From Breznakibacter sp. (GTDB lineage Bacteria > Bacteroidota > Bacteroidia > Bacteroidales > Marinilabiliaceae), in contig JAGPIS010000001.1 of the NCBI GenBank assembly GCA_018054835.1, positions 1-37,010 on the forward strand: DNA of 37,010 bases, read 5' to 3'. Below, in pieces: positions 17,043-26,767 of this stretch. Each line of letters starts with the position of its first letter. Position 1 is the stretch's first letter. The notes below the pieces were generated by a model. The model did not search any database, was not told the origin of the DNA, and was given only the letters and a program-made list of their open reading frames with translations. The position numbers and the translations under genes were made by a program.

Positions 17043-19829
17043 ATGTCGAAAAATTACATTGAGGTCAAGGGAGCTAGAGTCCACAACCTGAAAAATATTG
17101 ATGTCACTATTCCCCGCAACAAACTGATTGTCATAACGGGAGTATCCGGTTCGGGCAAATCATCCCTGGCTTTCGACACCCTCTATGCCGAAGGGCAGCG
17201 ACGCTATGTGGAGAGCTTGAGTTCTTATGCCCGGCAGTTTTTAGGCCGTATCGACAAGCCCGAGGTAGATTACATCAAGGGCATTCCACCGGCGATTGCC
17301 ATCGAGCAAAAGGTCAACTCACGCAATCCGCGATCAACCGTTGGCACATCAACTGAGATATACGATTATTTGAAACTGCTCTACGCCCGCATAGGCCGTA
17401 TTTACTCCCCCATTTCGGGCACTGAAGTAAAACGCCACACGGTGAGCGATGTGATTGATTATTTTTTGACGTTGGAAAAGGAGACCAAAGTGGCGCTCCT
17501 GGCTCAAATTGCCATTCCAGCCGACCGAACCTGCCAGGAACATCTTCAAACCCTCAAACAACAAGGTTTCAGCCGAATAGAGCACCAAGGCGAATTTTTC
17601 AGAATTGAAGAATATGAAACTAAAGAAACCGTGAATGACGGCTTGCTCAATCTGGTAATTGACCGTCTGGGGGTAAACGACGAGGAAGATACCCTAAGCC
17701 GCCTGGCGGATTCGGTTCAAACGGCATTCTTCGAGGGCAATGGCGAGTGCCTAATGCGTGTGTTCAAGGATGGCTCGTATTTCGATAAGGTTTTTTCCAA
17801 CCGCTTGGAAGCCGATGGAATGGAGTTTGAGGAGGTCAACGAACACCTCTTCACCTTCAACAACCCGGTGGGTGCTTGTCCTCGGTGCGAAGGTTTTGGC
17901 AGCGTTATCGGCATCGATGAGGATCTGGTTATCCCCAACAAAAACATCTCCATTTACGAAGATGCCATCGCCTGCTGGAAAGGTGAAAAAATGGGCGAAT
18001 GGAAAGATCAACTGATAAAAAATGCCGCCAAATTCAACTTCCCCATCCACAAGCCATTTTTTGAACTAACCCAGGAACAGCGGGAGTTGCTATGGAGCGG
18101 CAACAAATATTTCGAAGGCATCAACGATTTCTTCAAATATGTGGAAGAGAAACAGTACAAAATCCAATACCGGGTGATGCTCTCGCGCTACCGGGGAAAA
18201 ACTGTTTGCCCCGACTGCAAGGGCACCCGTTTGAAAAAACAAACCACCTATATCAAAATCAATCAAAAATGCATTGGCGAATTGGTGGTTATGCCGGTGA
18301 GCCAACTAAAGGATTGGTTCGACACGATAGCGCTGAATCCCCATGAACAGAAGGTGGCCGGGCGCCTTTTGATCGAAATCCAGTCGAGGTTGGAGTTTTT
18401 AAGCAATGTAGGACTGAAGTACCTGACCTTAAATAGGTTGTCGTCAACCTTATCGGGTGGGGAGAGTCAGCGTATCAACCTGGCCACATCGCTTGGCAGC
18501 AGCTTGGTGGGTTCTCTTTACATTCTTGATGAACCCAGCATTGGGTTGCATTCCCGCGACACCCAGTTGTTGATATCGGTTTTGCAGAAACTCAAACATC
18601 AGGGCAACACCGTCATTGTGGTTGAACACGATGAGGACATCATTAGGGCTGCCGATGAAATTATAGACATTGGCCCCGGTGCAGGTCGTTTGGGTGGCGA
18701 AGTGATATTCCAGGGCGATTTCAGGGCACTGGAAAGTTCGCAGACAAGCCTTACCACCAAGTATCTGTCGGGCGAACTCGCCATAAACGTACCCAAGACC
18801 AGGCGGAAATGGAACCAATTCATTGAACTGACCGGGGTGCGGGAAAACAACTTGAAAAACCTAACCATCAGGTTTCCGCTGAATATCATGACCGTTGTGA
18901 CTGGCGTGAGCGGTTCGGGCAAATCGACACTGGTATCGAAAGTGCTCTATCCTGCCTTGAAGAAGCAGATGGGAGGACATGCAGATAAAACCGGAGCTTT
19001 CGACTTGTTGAAAGGCGATTGCAAAAATATCAAAGCCATCGAGTTCATCGACCAAAATCCAATTGGCAAAAGTTCCAGGTCGAACCCTGCCACATACCTT
19101 AAGGCATACGATGAAATCAGAAAGTTGATGGCCGACCAGCCTCAGTCGAAACAAAACGGCCTTACCCCCTCCCATTTTTCGTTCAACATCGACGGGGGAA
19201 GATGCCCCGAATGCCAAGGAGAAGGAACCATACGCGTGGAGATGCAGTTTATGGCCGATATCGTTTTGCTATGCGACCATTGCAAAGGCAAACGGTTCAA
19301 AGAAGAGGTGCTGGAAATAAAGTATCAACAACACAGTGTTCACGACATACTGGAACTGACAGTCAACCAAGCCATCGACCTCTTTTCGGCACAAAAAGGA
19401 ACCACCGAAAAACGGATTGTCCAGAAGTTGAAACCATTGGCCGATGTGGGATTGGGCTACATCAAACTGGGGCAGTCGTCCAGCACCTTAAGTGGTGGCG
19501 AGAGCCAACGCGTGAAACTCGCCTCATTCCTGGCAAACGAAAAAAGCGACCCTACCTTGTTTATTTTCGATGAGCCCACCACGGGGTTGCATTTCAACGA
19601 CATAAAAACGCTGTTGGCCGCATTTTCGGCATTGATAGAAAACGGTCACTCCTTGATTATCATTGAGCACAACATGGAGGTGATCAAAACGGCTGATTGG
19701 ATCATTGACCTAGGGCCCGAAGGAGGAGAAAATGGCGGCACCATTGTATTTGAAGGATTGCCCGAAAAGTTGGTGAACCAACCAAATTCATACACCGCCC
19801 AATATTTGGCTCCATATTTAAAGCTATAA
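17043..19829 (+). CDS. uvrA: Excinuclease ABC subunit A
   Basis: Two ABC ATPase modules ('[23 protein letters not shown]' and '[11 protein letters not shown]') with 'LSGGESQR' signatures. Zinc-finger cysteines are 'CPRCEGFG', 'CPDCKGTR', 'CPECQGEG' and 'CDHCKGKR'. Length is 928 aa. Confidence 0.97.
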   Translation: MSKNYIEVKGARVHNLKNIDVTIPRNKLIVITGVSGSGKSSLAFDTLYAEGQRRYVESLSSYARQFLGRIDKPEVDYIKGIPPAIAIEQKVNSRNPRSTVGTSTEIYDYLKLLYARIGRIYSPISGTEVKRHTVSDVIDYFLTLEKETKVALLAQIAIPADRTCQEHLQTLKQQGFSRIEHQGEFFRIEEYETKETVNDGLLNLVIDRLGVNDEEDTLSRLADSVQTAFFEGNGECLMRVFKDGSYFDKVFSNRLEADGMEFEEVNEHLFTFNNPVGACPRCEGFGSVIGIDEDLVIPNKNISIYEDAIACWKGEKMGEWKDQLIKNAAKFNFPIHKPFFELTQEQRELLWSGNKYFEGINDFFKYVEEKQYKIQYRVMLSRYRGKTVCPDCKGTRLKKQTTYIKINQKCIGELVVMPVSQLKDWFDTIALNPHEQKVAGRLLIEIQSRLEFLSNVGLKYLTLNRLSSTLSGGESQRINLATSLGSSLVGSLYILDEPSIGLHSRDTQLLISVLQKLKHQGNTVIVVEHDEDIIRAADEIIDIGPGAGRLGGEVIFQGDFRALESSQTSLTTKYLSGELAINVPKTRRKWNQFIELTGVRENNLKNLTIRFPLNIMTVVTGVSGSGKSTLVSKVLYPALKKQMGGHADKTGAFDLLKGDCKNIKAIEFIDQNPIGKSSRSNPATYLKAYDEIRKLMADQPQSKQNGLTPSHFSFNIDGGRCPECQGEGTIRVEMQFMADIVLLCDHCKGKRFKEEVLEIKYQQHSVHDILELTVNQAIDLFSAQKGTTEKRIVQKLKPLADVGLGYIKLGQSSSTLSGGESQRVKLASFLANEKSDPTLFIFDEPTTGLHFNDIKTLLAAFSALIENGHSLIIIEHNMEVIKTADWIIDLGPEGGENGGTIVFEGLPEKLVNQPNSYTAQYLAPYLKL

Positions 19830-19834
19830 AGGCT

Positions 19835-19880
19835 AAAAAACAAATAACCCTGAGCTTGATGAAAAGCACAGGGTTATTTG
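19835..19880. terminator. Hairpin terminator between convergent uvrA and the small secreted protein gene
   Basis: A 12-bp stem: CAAATAACCCTG (19841-19852) pairs with CAGGGTTATTTG (19869-19880). A T6 run follows on the minus strand (19835-19840); the T-tract on the plus strand is weaker. Confidence 0.7.
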
Positions 19881-19909
19881 TATGATTAAAAACTATATCA
19901 GCCCAAATC

Positions 19910-20365
19910 TTAGTTGTCTTCTATCCCAAACAGTACAGCCACACAACCCGAAACAATGGAATTGTTTTTATTGGGTGATTGCTCCATAACCATGAAATTA
20001 ACACTGAGCATTTGAGTTTTTTCAGACTCAAAGTCCCAAGTATCCGTGTAGTTTTGAGTAGAGTTATCAAATAAAACACGTCCTTTTGAGTCGGTGACCC
20101 AAAACCGGATTTTAGGCAATTGATCCACCTTACAAAAGACAATACGGTAGCGTTGCCCCGAAAAAAAAGTTTTGATCAGTTCGGCACTCTCCCCTTCCGA
20201 CATGGTGACGGCATTGTAATTTCCATCGTGCACAAATGAACCCAATTTGGATTTGCAAACACTTCTGGCAAATGAAATACATTGCGCCTTGGCCACATTG
20301 GGGGCACCAAACAAAAACAAGGCAAAAATGATGGAAAATAGTATTTTCAACATGCTATCAATCAA
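19910..20365 (-). CDS. Small secreted protein of unknown function (family member 1; paralogue at 36401-36838)
   Basis: Signal peptide 'MLKILFSIIFALFLFGAPNVAKAQ'. The likely start is the ATG at 20353; the TTG at 20365 would overlap the upstream stop codon. The alternating hydrophobic pattern suggests a beta-rich fold. It shares blocks with the ORF at 36401. Confidence 0.6.
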   Translation of the reverse strand: MIDSMLKILFSIIFALFLFGAPNVAKAQCISFARSVCKSKLGSFVHDGNYNAVTMSEGESAELIKTFFSGQRYRIVFCKVDQLPKIRFWVTDSKGRVLFDNSTQNYTDTWDFESEKTQMLSVNFMVMEQSPNKNNSIVSGCVAVLFGIEDN

Positions 20366-21282
20366 GAAACAAACTCGGTTCTAATCTCTTTTACCTTCTC
20401 AATCAATTTACCGAATACCTCTTTCGACATAAATGTTTCGGAGTCGGCCCTGATAATGGTTGTTCGTTCGTCGGCATTGGTGACCGCCTCCACGTTGCTG
20501 GTGGTGACAATTTTTACCTGGTCGAAGATTACTTTGAGTTCTTGCATTTTGCCCAGCAAGTAATCGGTATCTTCGTTAGGTTCCTGATCCTCTAGCAAGT
20601 TTATGACTGTTTCGAGCGACAATTTTTGATAGATGATACGTTCCACCAGGTTTTTGTTATTCTCCAAAGAACCATTGGTCAGTCCCGTAGCAAAATACAA
20701 ACCTTCAATCCACCCACCCACTAGAACAGTCACAGCAATGGCTGGCCGATTATTCTCAGTCAAAAAGGCGTTCGAATTCATAAACGACTCCGAAATCAAG
20801 TCGAGCACAACTTCGCGGTTATTCATGTTGGCTTCCAGTTTCTTGATGGTATTCTCATCAATTGCCTGAAGGATGCCAAGCCCATCGGCCAGTTTTTTAG
20901 CCACGCCAATATATTGGATGGTTGTTTGAGTTTGATCGAACAAACTGGCATAACTCAAATCGGCAGAATAAATGCCCAAGTTAAGAGCCATCTTGAGATT
21001 TGTTTGGTACTGGTTGACGCTAGTCACCGGGTTCAACAAATCCTCATCATACACAGCCCCCGAGCGTTTGATCAACATAGCTGTTTCAAGCGGAGATGGC
21101 AAGGTGTAAAAAATAAGCTTTGATTTATTAAAATCATCCAGCATCTTTTCATCCAGCGAAACAGCTTCAATGGCATCCTTGTCACTATTGCCATCCTGCT
21201 GTCCGCCCTGGCATTTGCAGGAAGAATACGCAACAGCAACAAACAATAATAAAAAAAGCCTCATGACAAATGATTGTGTCAT
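20362..21282 (-). CDS. Putative lipoprotein of unknown function, predicted mostly helical
   Basis: Signal peptide with a lipobox-like 'VAVAYSSC'. Length is 306 aa. I recognise no catalytic motif. Its stop is within 0-9 nt of the start of the downstream small secreted protein gene. Confidence 0.6.
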   Translation of the reverse strand: MTQSFVMRLFLLLFVAVAYSSCKCQGGQQDGNSDKDAIEAVSLDEKMLDDFNKSKLIFYTLPSPLETAMLIKRSGAVYDEDLLNPVTSVNQYQTNLKMALNLGIYSADLSYASLFDQTQTTIQYIGVAKKLADGLGILQAIDENTIKKLEANMNNREVVLDLISESFMNSNAFLTENNRPAIAVTVLVGGWIEGLYFATGLTNGSLENNKNLVERIIYQKLSLETVINLLEDQEPNEDTDYLLGKMQELKVIFDQVKIVTTSNVEAVTNADERTTIIRADSETFMSKEVFGKLIEKVKEIRTEFVS

Positions 21283-21373
21283 AACATTTAGGTTATTAGG
21301 TAAATAATTTGCAATTCTAATTGGATATAAAAATAAATAAAAAATTTATTTATTGCATAACAAAAGTACAGGA

Positions 21374-22357
21374 TCATTCACCAGAAGCGAAATACCTCAT
21401 AAATTGAGTCCGCTCATAGACCACCTGATCGGGTATTCCGGCATAATTCAACCTTCCGCGGAATTCACTGATATCCTTGAACCCTTTGTGCGCCATCCAA
21501 GCGGTCAAATCCTCCAGCATTTGGGTGAGTAAACCGGCTCCCTGCAAATAGATGGCAGAACAGACCTGAACCGTTTGGGCACCTGCCAAAAGTTGTTTAA
21601 CAACGGTTCCTCCATCATGAATCCCGGTGGAAGCCGATAGGTGGGCATTTTTCAGCTGGCCCGAAATAATGGCCACCCAACGCAGCGATAATGCATAGTC
21701 CTGTGGAGAGCTGAACACTTCGGCCGAAGTGAGGGTCATTTTTTCAATATCAATATCGGGTTGGAAAAAGCGGTTGAACAATACCACTCCGCGGGCTCCT
21801 GCAGCATAAAGGTTTTTGACAAAGGCAACCAAATCGGAAAACTGATGTCCAATCTTGACAGCCACGGGTATGGAAACCGCTTTGGTCACCTGGCTGATAA
21901 TTTGATAATATTTCTCCTCCACCGAGCGGCAATCGCTATATTTATCGGTATTTAAAATATTGATATTCAATTCAAGGGCATCGGCACCAGCAGCCTGAAG
22001 CTGTCGGGCAAAATCGACCCATTCCTCCGAAGAGTAGCAATGAATGCTGGCAATCACAGGAATAGACACGGACGATTTGGTCTCCCTGATAAGATTGACG
22101 TAATCGGCAACGCCATTGTTGCGGGTATAATTCTTAATATAATCGTATGCCTCGGGATAATCCCCCTGCATATTATTGACCAAAGAATTGCTTTCATAGG
22201 CAATCTGCTCCTCAAAAAGCGATTTAAGCACCACTGCCCCGGCTCCAGCCGCCTCAAGTTTTTTGATTTTTTCGACACTACTGGTCAGTGCCGAACTACT
22301 GACAACCAAGGGGTTCTTCAATATCAACCCCATATAATTGGTTTGTAAATTCATCAT
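21374..22357 (-). CDS. Dihydroorotate dehydrogenase-like (class 1 DHOD/DHPD-fold) TIM-barrel flavoprotein of uncertain role
   Basis: 'GLILKNPLVVSSSALT', 'GAGAVVLKSLFEEQ', 'GADALELNI', 'PVAVKIG' and 'GVVLFNRF' match the DHOD-family pattern. ATG at 22357 (the ORF track uses the TTG at 22366). Confidence 0.75.
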   Translation of the reverse strand: MMNLQTNYMGLILKNPLVVSSSALTSSVEKIKKLEAAGAGAVVLKSLFEEQIAYESNSLVNNMQGDYPEAYDYIKNYTRNNGVADYVNLIRETKSSVSIPVIASIHCYSSEEWVDFARQLQAAGADALELNINILNTDKYSDCRSVEEKYYQIISQVTKAVSIPVAVKIGHQFSDLVAFVKNLYAAGARGVVLFNRFFQPDIDIEKMTLTSAEVFSSPQDYALSLRWVAIISGQLKNAHLSASTGIHDGGTVVKQLLAGAQTVQVCSAIYLQGAGLLTQMLEDLTAWMAHKGFKDISEFRGRLNYAGIPDQVVYERTQFMRYFASGE

Positions 22358-22413
22358 TGCGTTCAATTTTTACAAACAAATATAAACAAATCTGTGAAAC
22401 AAAAAATATGACA

Positions 22414-23094
22414 TTAAGACAAACTGTTATAATTTCGATGACCGAATATTTTACTGCCAACACGAATCATATTGCTTCCCTGCTGAACTGCAATGTGATA
22501 ATCATCCGACATGCCCATACTCAGGGTATTGAATCCAGAATCGAAAGCAAACCATTTCTCTTTCAACTGTTGAAAAACAGAGTGCAGCAGCTGAAACTCG
22601 CTACTTACCTGCCCTTCGTCATCGGTGAAGGTGGCCATCCCCATCAACCCACAGATACGGATATTTTTCAGAGTGGACAATGCGCCAGACTCAAACAAAT
22701 CGAAAAGTTCCCCTTGCGAAAAGCCAAACTTGGTGTCCTCCCGGGCAATATGCACCTGAAGCAAGCAAGGGATAACGCGGCAAACTTTTGCCCCCTCTTT
22801 ATCGATGGTTTGCAACAGCTTCAGGCTATCCACACCATGAATCAGATGGACAAAAGGAGCTATGTATTTAACTTTATTCGATTGCAAATGGCCAATCATG
22901 TGCCAGTGAATATCGTTGGGCAACAAAGCAGCTTTGTCAACCATCTCCTGCACTTTGTTTTCGCCGAAATGGCGTTGGCCGGCTTCGTAAGCTTCCTGTA
23001 TTAGAGTTGCAGGATGGGTTTTCGATACAGCCACCAAAGTAACCGAAGGCCCCACCTCCTGTTGAATGGCAGCAATAGAATCTTTTATGGTCAT
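22414..23094 (-). CDS. yggS: YggS-family pyridoxal-phosphate homeostasis protein
   Basis: 'LVAVSKTHP' carries the PLP lysine. 'FGENKVQE', 'WHMIGHLQSNK' and 'LSMGMSDDY' are also present. Length is 226 aa. Confidence 0.9.
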   Translation of the reverse strand: MTIKDSIAAIQQEVGPSVTLVAVSKTHPATLIQEAYEAGQRHFGENKVQEMVDKAALLPNDIHWHMIGHLQSNKVKYIAPFVHLIHGVDSLKLLQTIDKEGAKVCRVIPCLLQVHIAREDTKFGFSQGELFDLFESGALSTLKNIRICGLMGMATFTDDEGQVSSEFQLLHSVFQQLKEKWFAFDSGFNTLSMGMSDDYHIAVQQGSNMIRVGSKIFGHRNYNSLS

Positions 23095-23148
23095 GATATC
23101 TGAATTAAGTTCTTTGAATGAAACATTGTCGTATTGTCCTTTATTTTA

Positions 23149-23255
23149 CCCCTAAATAGGCTCCGCCGAACTTCGTTTCCCTAAAGGGGACTTTCAGCAA
23201 CTGTCTGAATGAATGGGCAGTTGCAAACACCTCCTTTAGGGGGTTGGGGGGTAGG
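23149..23255. other. GC-rich nested inverted-repeat element in an AT-rich spacer (structured RNA or REP/MITE-like repeat candidate)
   Basis: Outer pair: CCCCTAAA (23149-23156) with TTTAGGGG (23235-23242). Inner hairpin: GCAACTG (23197-23203) with CAGTTGC (23218-23224). Small hairpin: TCCC (23178-23181) with GGGA (23187-23190). A G-rich tail runs to 23255. Confidence 0.35.
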
Positions 23256-23377
23256 AAATACGACATTATTTCCATTTCATTACTTATTATAAGCCCGTAT
23301 GGATCAAAAGCGATTAACGGAACAACAAAAATAGCCGACAATCATGAAGAAAGGAAATTAAGCGATAAAAACTTGGC

Positions 23378-23410
23378 AAAAGAAAAAGCCGGTAACAAAA
23401 TGTACCGGCT
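23378..23410 (-). terminator. Rho-independent terminator after the DUF1015 gene
   Basis: AGCCGGTA (23387-23394) pairs with TACCGGCT (23403-23410). On the minus strand the hairpin is followed by TTTTTCTTTT. Confidence 0.75.
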
Positions 23411-23417
23411 TATGCAA

Positions 23418-24665
23418 TTAAAAGCTTTTGATAACCAAGCCCGACCGAAGTTTGGGTTCGAACCAGGTTGTTTTGGGTGGCATGATGTTGCCACTGTCGG
23501 CAATATCGATGAGTTGCTTCATGGAAACGGGATAAAGGGCAAAGGCCACTTTCATTTCACCATTGTCCACACGGCGTTTCAGCTCGCCCAGTCCGCGTAT
23601 GCCCCCAATGAAATCGATCCGGGTGGAACGGCGGAGATCTTCAATACCCAGGATTTTATCGAGTACATGCTCCGACAAAACAGTCACATCCAAAACACCA
23701 ATGGGATCGGCATCGTTATAAGTACCCTGTTTGGCCGAAAGTTTGTACCAATGGCCACCAATATACATGCTGAACTCATGCAGGCAAGTAGGTTTATAAA
23801 TTTCACTCCCCATATCCTCAACATCCATCACCTTCGCCAAACGCCCCATGAACTCATCAACCGAAAGGCCGTTCAAATCTTTTACAGCCCGGTTATAGTC
23901 GATGATCTGAAGTTGGTCGTCGGGAAAATGGACCGCCATAAAGAAGTTATAATCCTCGTCCCCGGTATGGTTGGGATTGGCAGCTTGACACTCCTGCCCG
24001 ATCCGTGCTGCCGCAGCAGTACGGTGATGCCCGTCGGCCACATAAGTGTAAGGCACTTTGGTGGCAAACAGATGTTCTATCTGACGGTTCTTAGCGGCAT
24101 CGTTAATCACCCAAAAATGGTGGCCAAAACCATCCTCAGCCACAAAATCGTAATCGGCAGGCTGATTCTTCACAACCTCTCCAACAATGGCATCAATTTC
24201 AGGAACAGCCTTATAACTAAAGAAAACAGGTTCAATATTGGCTTTCAGGTAGCGGGTGAGCACCATGCGATCCTCTTCTTTGTCGGGCCGGGTCAACTCA
24301 TGTTTTTTGATGATGCCGTTGTGGTAATCGGCACAAGCCGCACCGCCCACAATACCATACTGGGTGCGCCCATCCATGGTTTGGGCATACACGTAGAATC
24401 GTGGTTCATCATCTTGAGCCAACCATCCCTCCTGTTTGAAATGGTTAAAATTATCGACCGATTTCTGATACACCTCATGGGAATGGATATCCACAGCGGG
24501 GTCACAATCTATTTCAGCACGTGTGACATGTAAAAGGGAACAAGCTTTTCCTTCAGCCATTTGGGCGGCCTCCTGGCTGTTCATCACATCATAGGGCAAG
24601 CAAGCCAAATCTTTAACGACTGATTTAGGAGGTCGCAGACCTCTAAAGGGTTTTACAATTGCCAT
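23418..24665 (-). CDS. DUF1015 domain-containing protein
   Basis: The N-terminus 'MAIVKPFRGLRP' and the overall size match my recollection of DUF1015. ATG at 24665, 22 nt after the serA stop (the ORF track uses the TTG at 24686). Confidence 0.75.
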   Translation of the reverse strand: MAIVKPFRGLRPPKSVVKDLACLPYDVMNSQEAAQMAEGKACSLLHVTRAEIDCDPAVDIHSHEVYQKSVDNFNHFKQEGWLAQDDEPRFYVYAQTMDGRTQYGIVGGAACADYHNGIIKKHELTRPDKEEDRMVLTRYLKANIEPVFFSYKAVPEIDAIVGEVVKNQPADYDFVAEDGFGHHFWVINDAAKNRQIEHLFATKVPYTYVADGHHRTAAAARIGQECQAANPNHTGDEDYNFFMAVHFPDDQLQIIDYNRAVKDLNGLSVDEFMGRLAKVMDVEDMGSEIYKPTCLHEFSMYIGGHWYKLSAKQGTYNDADPIGVLDVTVLSEHVLDKILGIEDLRRSTRIDFIGGIRGLGELKRRVDNGEMKVAFALYPVSMKQLIDIADSGNIMPPKTTWFEPKLRSGLVIKSF

Positions 24666-24687
24666 TTTTTGGGTTTTTTCAAACAAA

Positions 24688-25611
24688 CTACTTTTTATTC
24701 ACTCTAAAAGTTTCGTCTCCTGTTTGAAAGAATTTCACTATTTGATGTGCGGCAGCCACCCCGGCATTGATATTGGCCTCTTCGGTTTGAGCCCCCATCT
24801 TTTTCGGGGTGAAGAAATACCTTCCGGCAAACTGAGCAAAATCGTCTTTGTTATCAGGAGCGATGTCGGAAAGATATTTAAAATCGGGGCGGTCAGCCAT
24901 GATTTTTAACAGTTCTGCCTCATTTATCACCTCTTTGCGTGCCGTATTGATCAATACTGCGCCTTGGGGCATGAGAGTGAGGAGGTTATAATTGATGGAA
25001 TTTTTAGTTTTTTCGGTGGCCGGAATATGCAACGATACATATTGACAGGTTTTGTATAGTTCCTCTACCGATCCAACAGAGATAACGCCTTCTGCCTTCA
25101 TGGCATCAGCCGTTACAAAAAGGTCGAATGCATAAACCTCCATTCCGAAACCTTTGGCAATGGCAGCGACCCGTCGTCCCACATTTCCGTAGGCATGAAT
25201 CCCGATTTTTTTACCAAGCAACTCGGTGCCCGAGGAGCCGTTGAACCCATTGCGGGCCTGTACAACCATCATACCAAACACCAATTCGGCTACCGCATTG
25301 GCATTTTGGCCGGGAGTGTTCATGGCCACGATATTGCGGGCAGAGCAGGCATTCAGATCGATATTGTCGTAACCGGCTCCGGCACGCACCACAATTTCCA
25401 AATTCTTAGCGGCGTCCACCACCTCTTGGGTGATGAGATCGGAACGGATAATCACTGCATTCGCATCACTTACAGCCTCCAGGAGTTGTTGCACGGAGGT
25501 GTATTTTTCGAGCAAAGCCAGTTCATATCCACCGGTTTCCACGATCTGCTTGATTTGTTGAACGGCCACTTTGGCAAATGGCTTATCGGTTGCCACCAAT
25601 ACTTTTTTCAT
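24688..25611 (-). CDS. serA: D-3-phosphoglycerate dehydrogenase-type D-2-hydroxyacid dehydrogenase (short form)
   Basis: D-isomer 2-hydroxyacid dehydrogenase pattern: 'VVRAGAGYDNID', the nucleotide-binding 'IGIHAYGNVGRRVA', and 'VSLHIPATEKT'. Its position next to serC supports the call. Confidence 0.8.
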   Translation of the reverse strand: MKKVLVATDKPFAKVAVQQIKQIVETGGYELALLEKYTSVQQLLEAVSDANAVIIRSDLITQEVVDAAKNLEIVVRAGAGYDNIDLNACSARNIVAMNTPGQNANAVAELVFGMMVVQARNGFNGSSGTELLGKKIGIHAYGNVGRRVAAIAKGFGMEVYAFDLFVTADAMKAEGVISVGSVEELYKTCQYVSLHIPATEKTKNSINYNLLTLMPQGAVLINTARKEVINEAELLKIMADRPDFKYLSDIAPDNKDDFAQFAGRYFFTPKKMGAQTEEANINAGVAAAHQIVKFFQTGDETFRVNKK

Positions 25612-25644
25612 AGCTGAATCTATTGATTAATATTATTATGATTT

Positions 25645-25689
25645 GAAAAAAGAAAAAAGCACCAAAGCTTATACTCAAGCCTTGGTGCT
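25645..25689 (-). terminator. Rho-independent terminator or attenuator between serC and serA
   Basis: AGCACCAA (25658-25665) pairs with TTGGTGCT (25682-25689), extended by two more GC pairs. On the minus strand a long T-rich run follows (complement of 25645-25657). Confidence 0.7.
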
Positions 25690-25696
25690 ATACCTA

Positions 25697-26767
25697 TTAA
25701 TGTTTTGCTTCAAACTCTTTCATGGCATCCACCAACGCCTGAACGCTTTCCTTGGGCAGAGCATTGTAGGTAGAAGCGCGGAAGCCTCCAACGGTACGGT
25801 AGCCTTTGATTCCAACTAAGCCACGAGCCGAAGCGAAATCGTTGAATTCCTTTTCCAGTTCCTGATACTCATCGTTCATATAGAAACAGATGTTCATCAG
25901 CGAACGGTCCTCGTGATTGGCAATGGCAGCTTTGAAAAGACGGTTGCGCTCGATTTCATCGTACAACAGAGTGGCCTTCTCGATGTTGCGTTGTTCCATC
26001 ACCTTCAAACCACCCTGCTCCTTCAACCATTTCAAAGTTTGCAAGGCACCAAAAACAGCTACAACAGGAGGTGTGTTGAACATCGATTCCTTGGAGATAT
26101 GAGTGCGGTAATCGAGCATGGTTGGGATGTGACGATCCATTTTACCCAGCAAATCTTCTTTAACCAGGGCAAAGGTGACACCCGCTGGTGCCAGGTTTTT
26201 TTGAGCACCACCGTAAATCATGCCATATTTGGAAACGTCGATGGGACGCGAAAAGATGTCGGAAGACATATCGGCCACCAAGGGCACCCCAACTTCCAAA
26301 TCGTTGCGTATTTCGGTACCGTAAATGGTATTGTTGGTGGTGATGTGGAAATAATCGGCATCCGAAGGAACGGTATAGCCTTTGGGAATATAGTTGAAAT
26401 TCTTGTCCTTGGAGGATGCCACTTCAATGACCTCACCAAAAGCCTTCGCCTCTTTCAAGGCTTTGGAAGCCCATTCCCCGGTATTCAAATAAGCTGCTTT
26501 GGTTTTCAATAAGTTGAAAGGAATCATGCAAAACTGCAAGCTGGCGCCTCCACCTACAAAAATAACTTGGTAACCGGCTGGCACATCCAACAACTCCTTG
26601 AACAGCCTGATGGCATCATCCATTACCGCCACAAACTCTTTGCTGCGGTGCGACACCTCGAGAATGGACAAGCCCGTTCCGGCAAAATCAAGGACTGCTT
26701 CAGCAGTGTTTTTAATGGTATATTCGGGCAAAATGGATGGCCCTGCGTAAAAATTGTGCTTTTTCAT
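25697..26767 (-). CDS. serC: Phosphoserine aminotransferase
   Basis: '[14 protein letters not shown]' at the N-terminus, plus 'GGGASLQF', 'ADMSSDI' and '[14 protein letters not shown]' (PLP lysine region). Length is 356 aa. Confidence 0.95.
   Translation of the reverse strand: MKKHNFYAGPSILPEYTIKNTAEAVLDFAGTGLSILEVSHRSKEFVAVMDDAIRLFKELLDVPAGYQVIFVGGGASLQFCMIPFNLLKTKAAYLNTGEWASKALKEAKAFGEVIEVASSKDKNFNYIPKGYTVPSDADYFHITTNNTIYGTEIRNDLEVGVPLVADMSSDIFSRPIDVSKYGMIYGGAQKNLAPAGVTFALVKEDLLGKMDRHIPTMLDYRTHISKESMFNTPPVVAVFGALQTLKWLKEQGGLKVMEQRNIEKATLLYDEIERNRLFKAAIANHEDRSLMNICFYMNDEYQELEKEFNDFASARGLVGIKGYRTVGGFRASTYNALPKESVQALVDAMKEFEAKH

Noticed and set aside
23241-23255. A possible G-quadruplex in GGGTTGGGGGGTAGG.
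   Set aside because: Only two substantial G-runs plus a GG are present. Four runs are needed for an intramolecular quadruplex.
23141-23341. A 66-aa ORF on the minus strand in the yggS upstream spacer.
   Set aside because: It is read straight through the GC-rich inverted-repeat element. Its sequence ('PPNPLKEVFATAHSFRQLLKVPFRETKFGG') looks like a translated palindromic repeat rather than a protein. It has no start context and no family resemblance.
23244-24533. A 429-aa ORF on the plus strand.
   Set aside because: It lies entirely antisense to the well-supported DUF1015 gene. Its translation is low-complexity with no recognisable motifs. Long antisense ORFs are a common by-product of codon usage. 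The same applies to 22357-23004, 29724-30431, 10059-10694, 34095-34751, 35058-35768, 25913-26512, 11765-12295 and the other shadow ORFs in the track.
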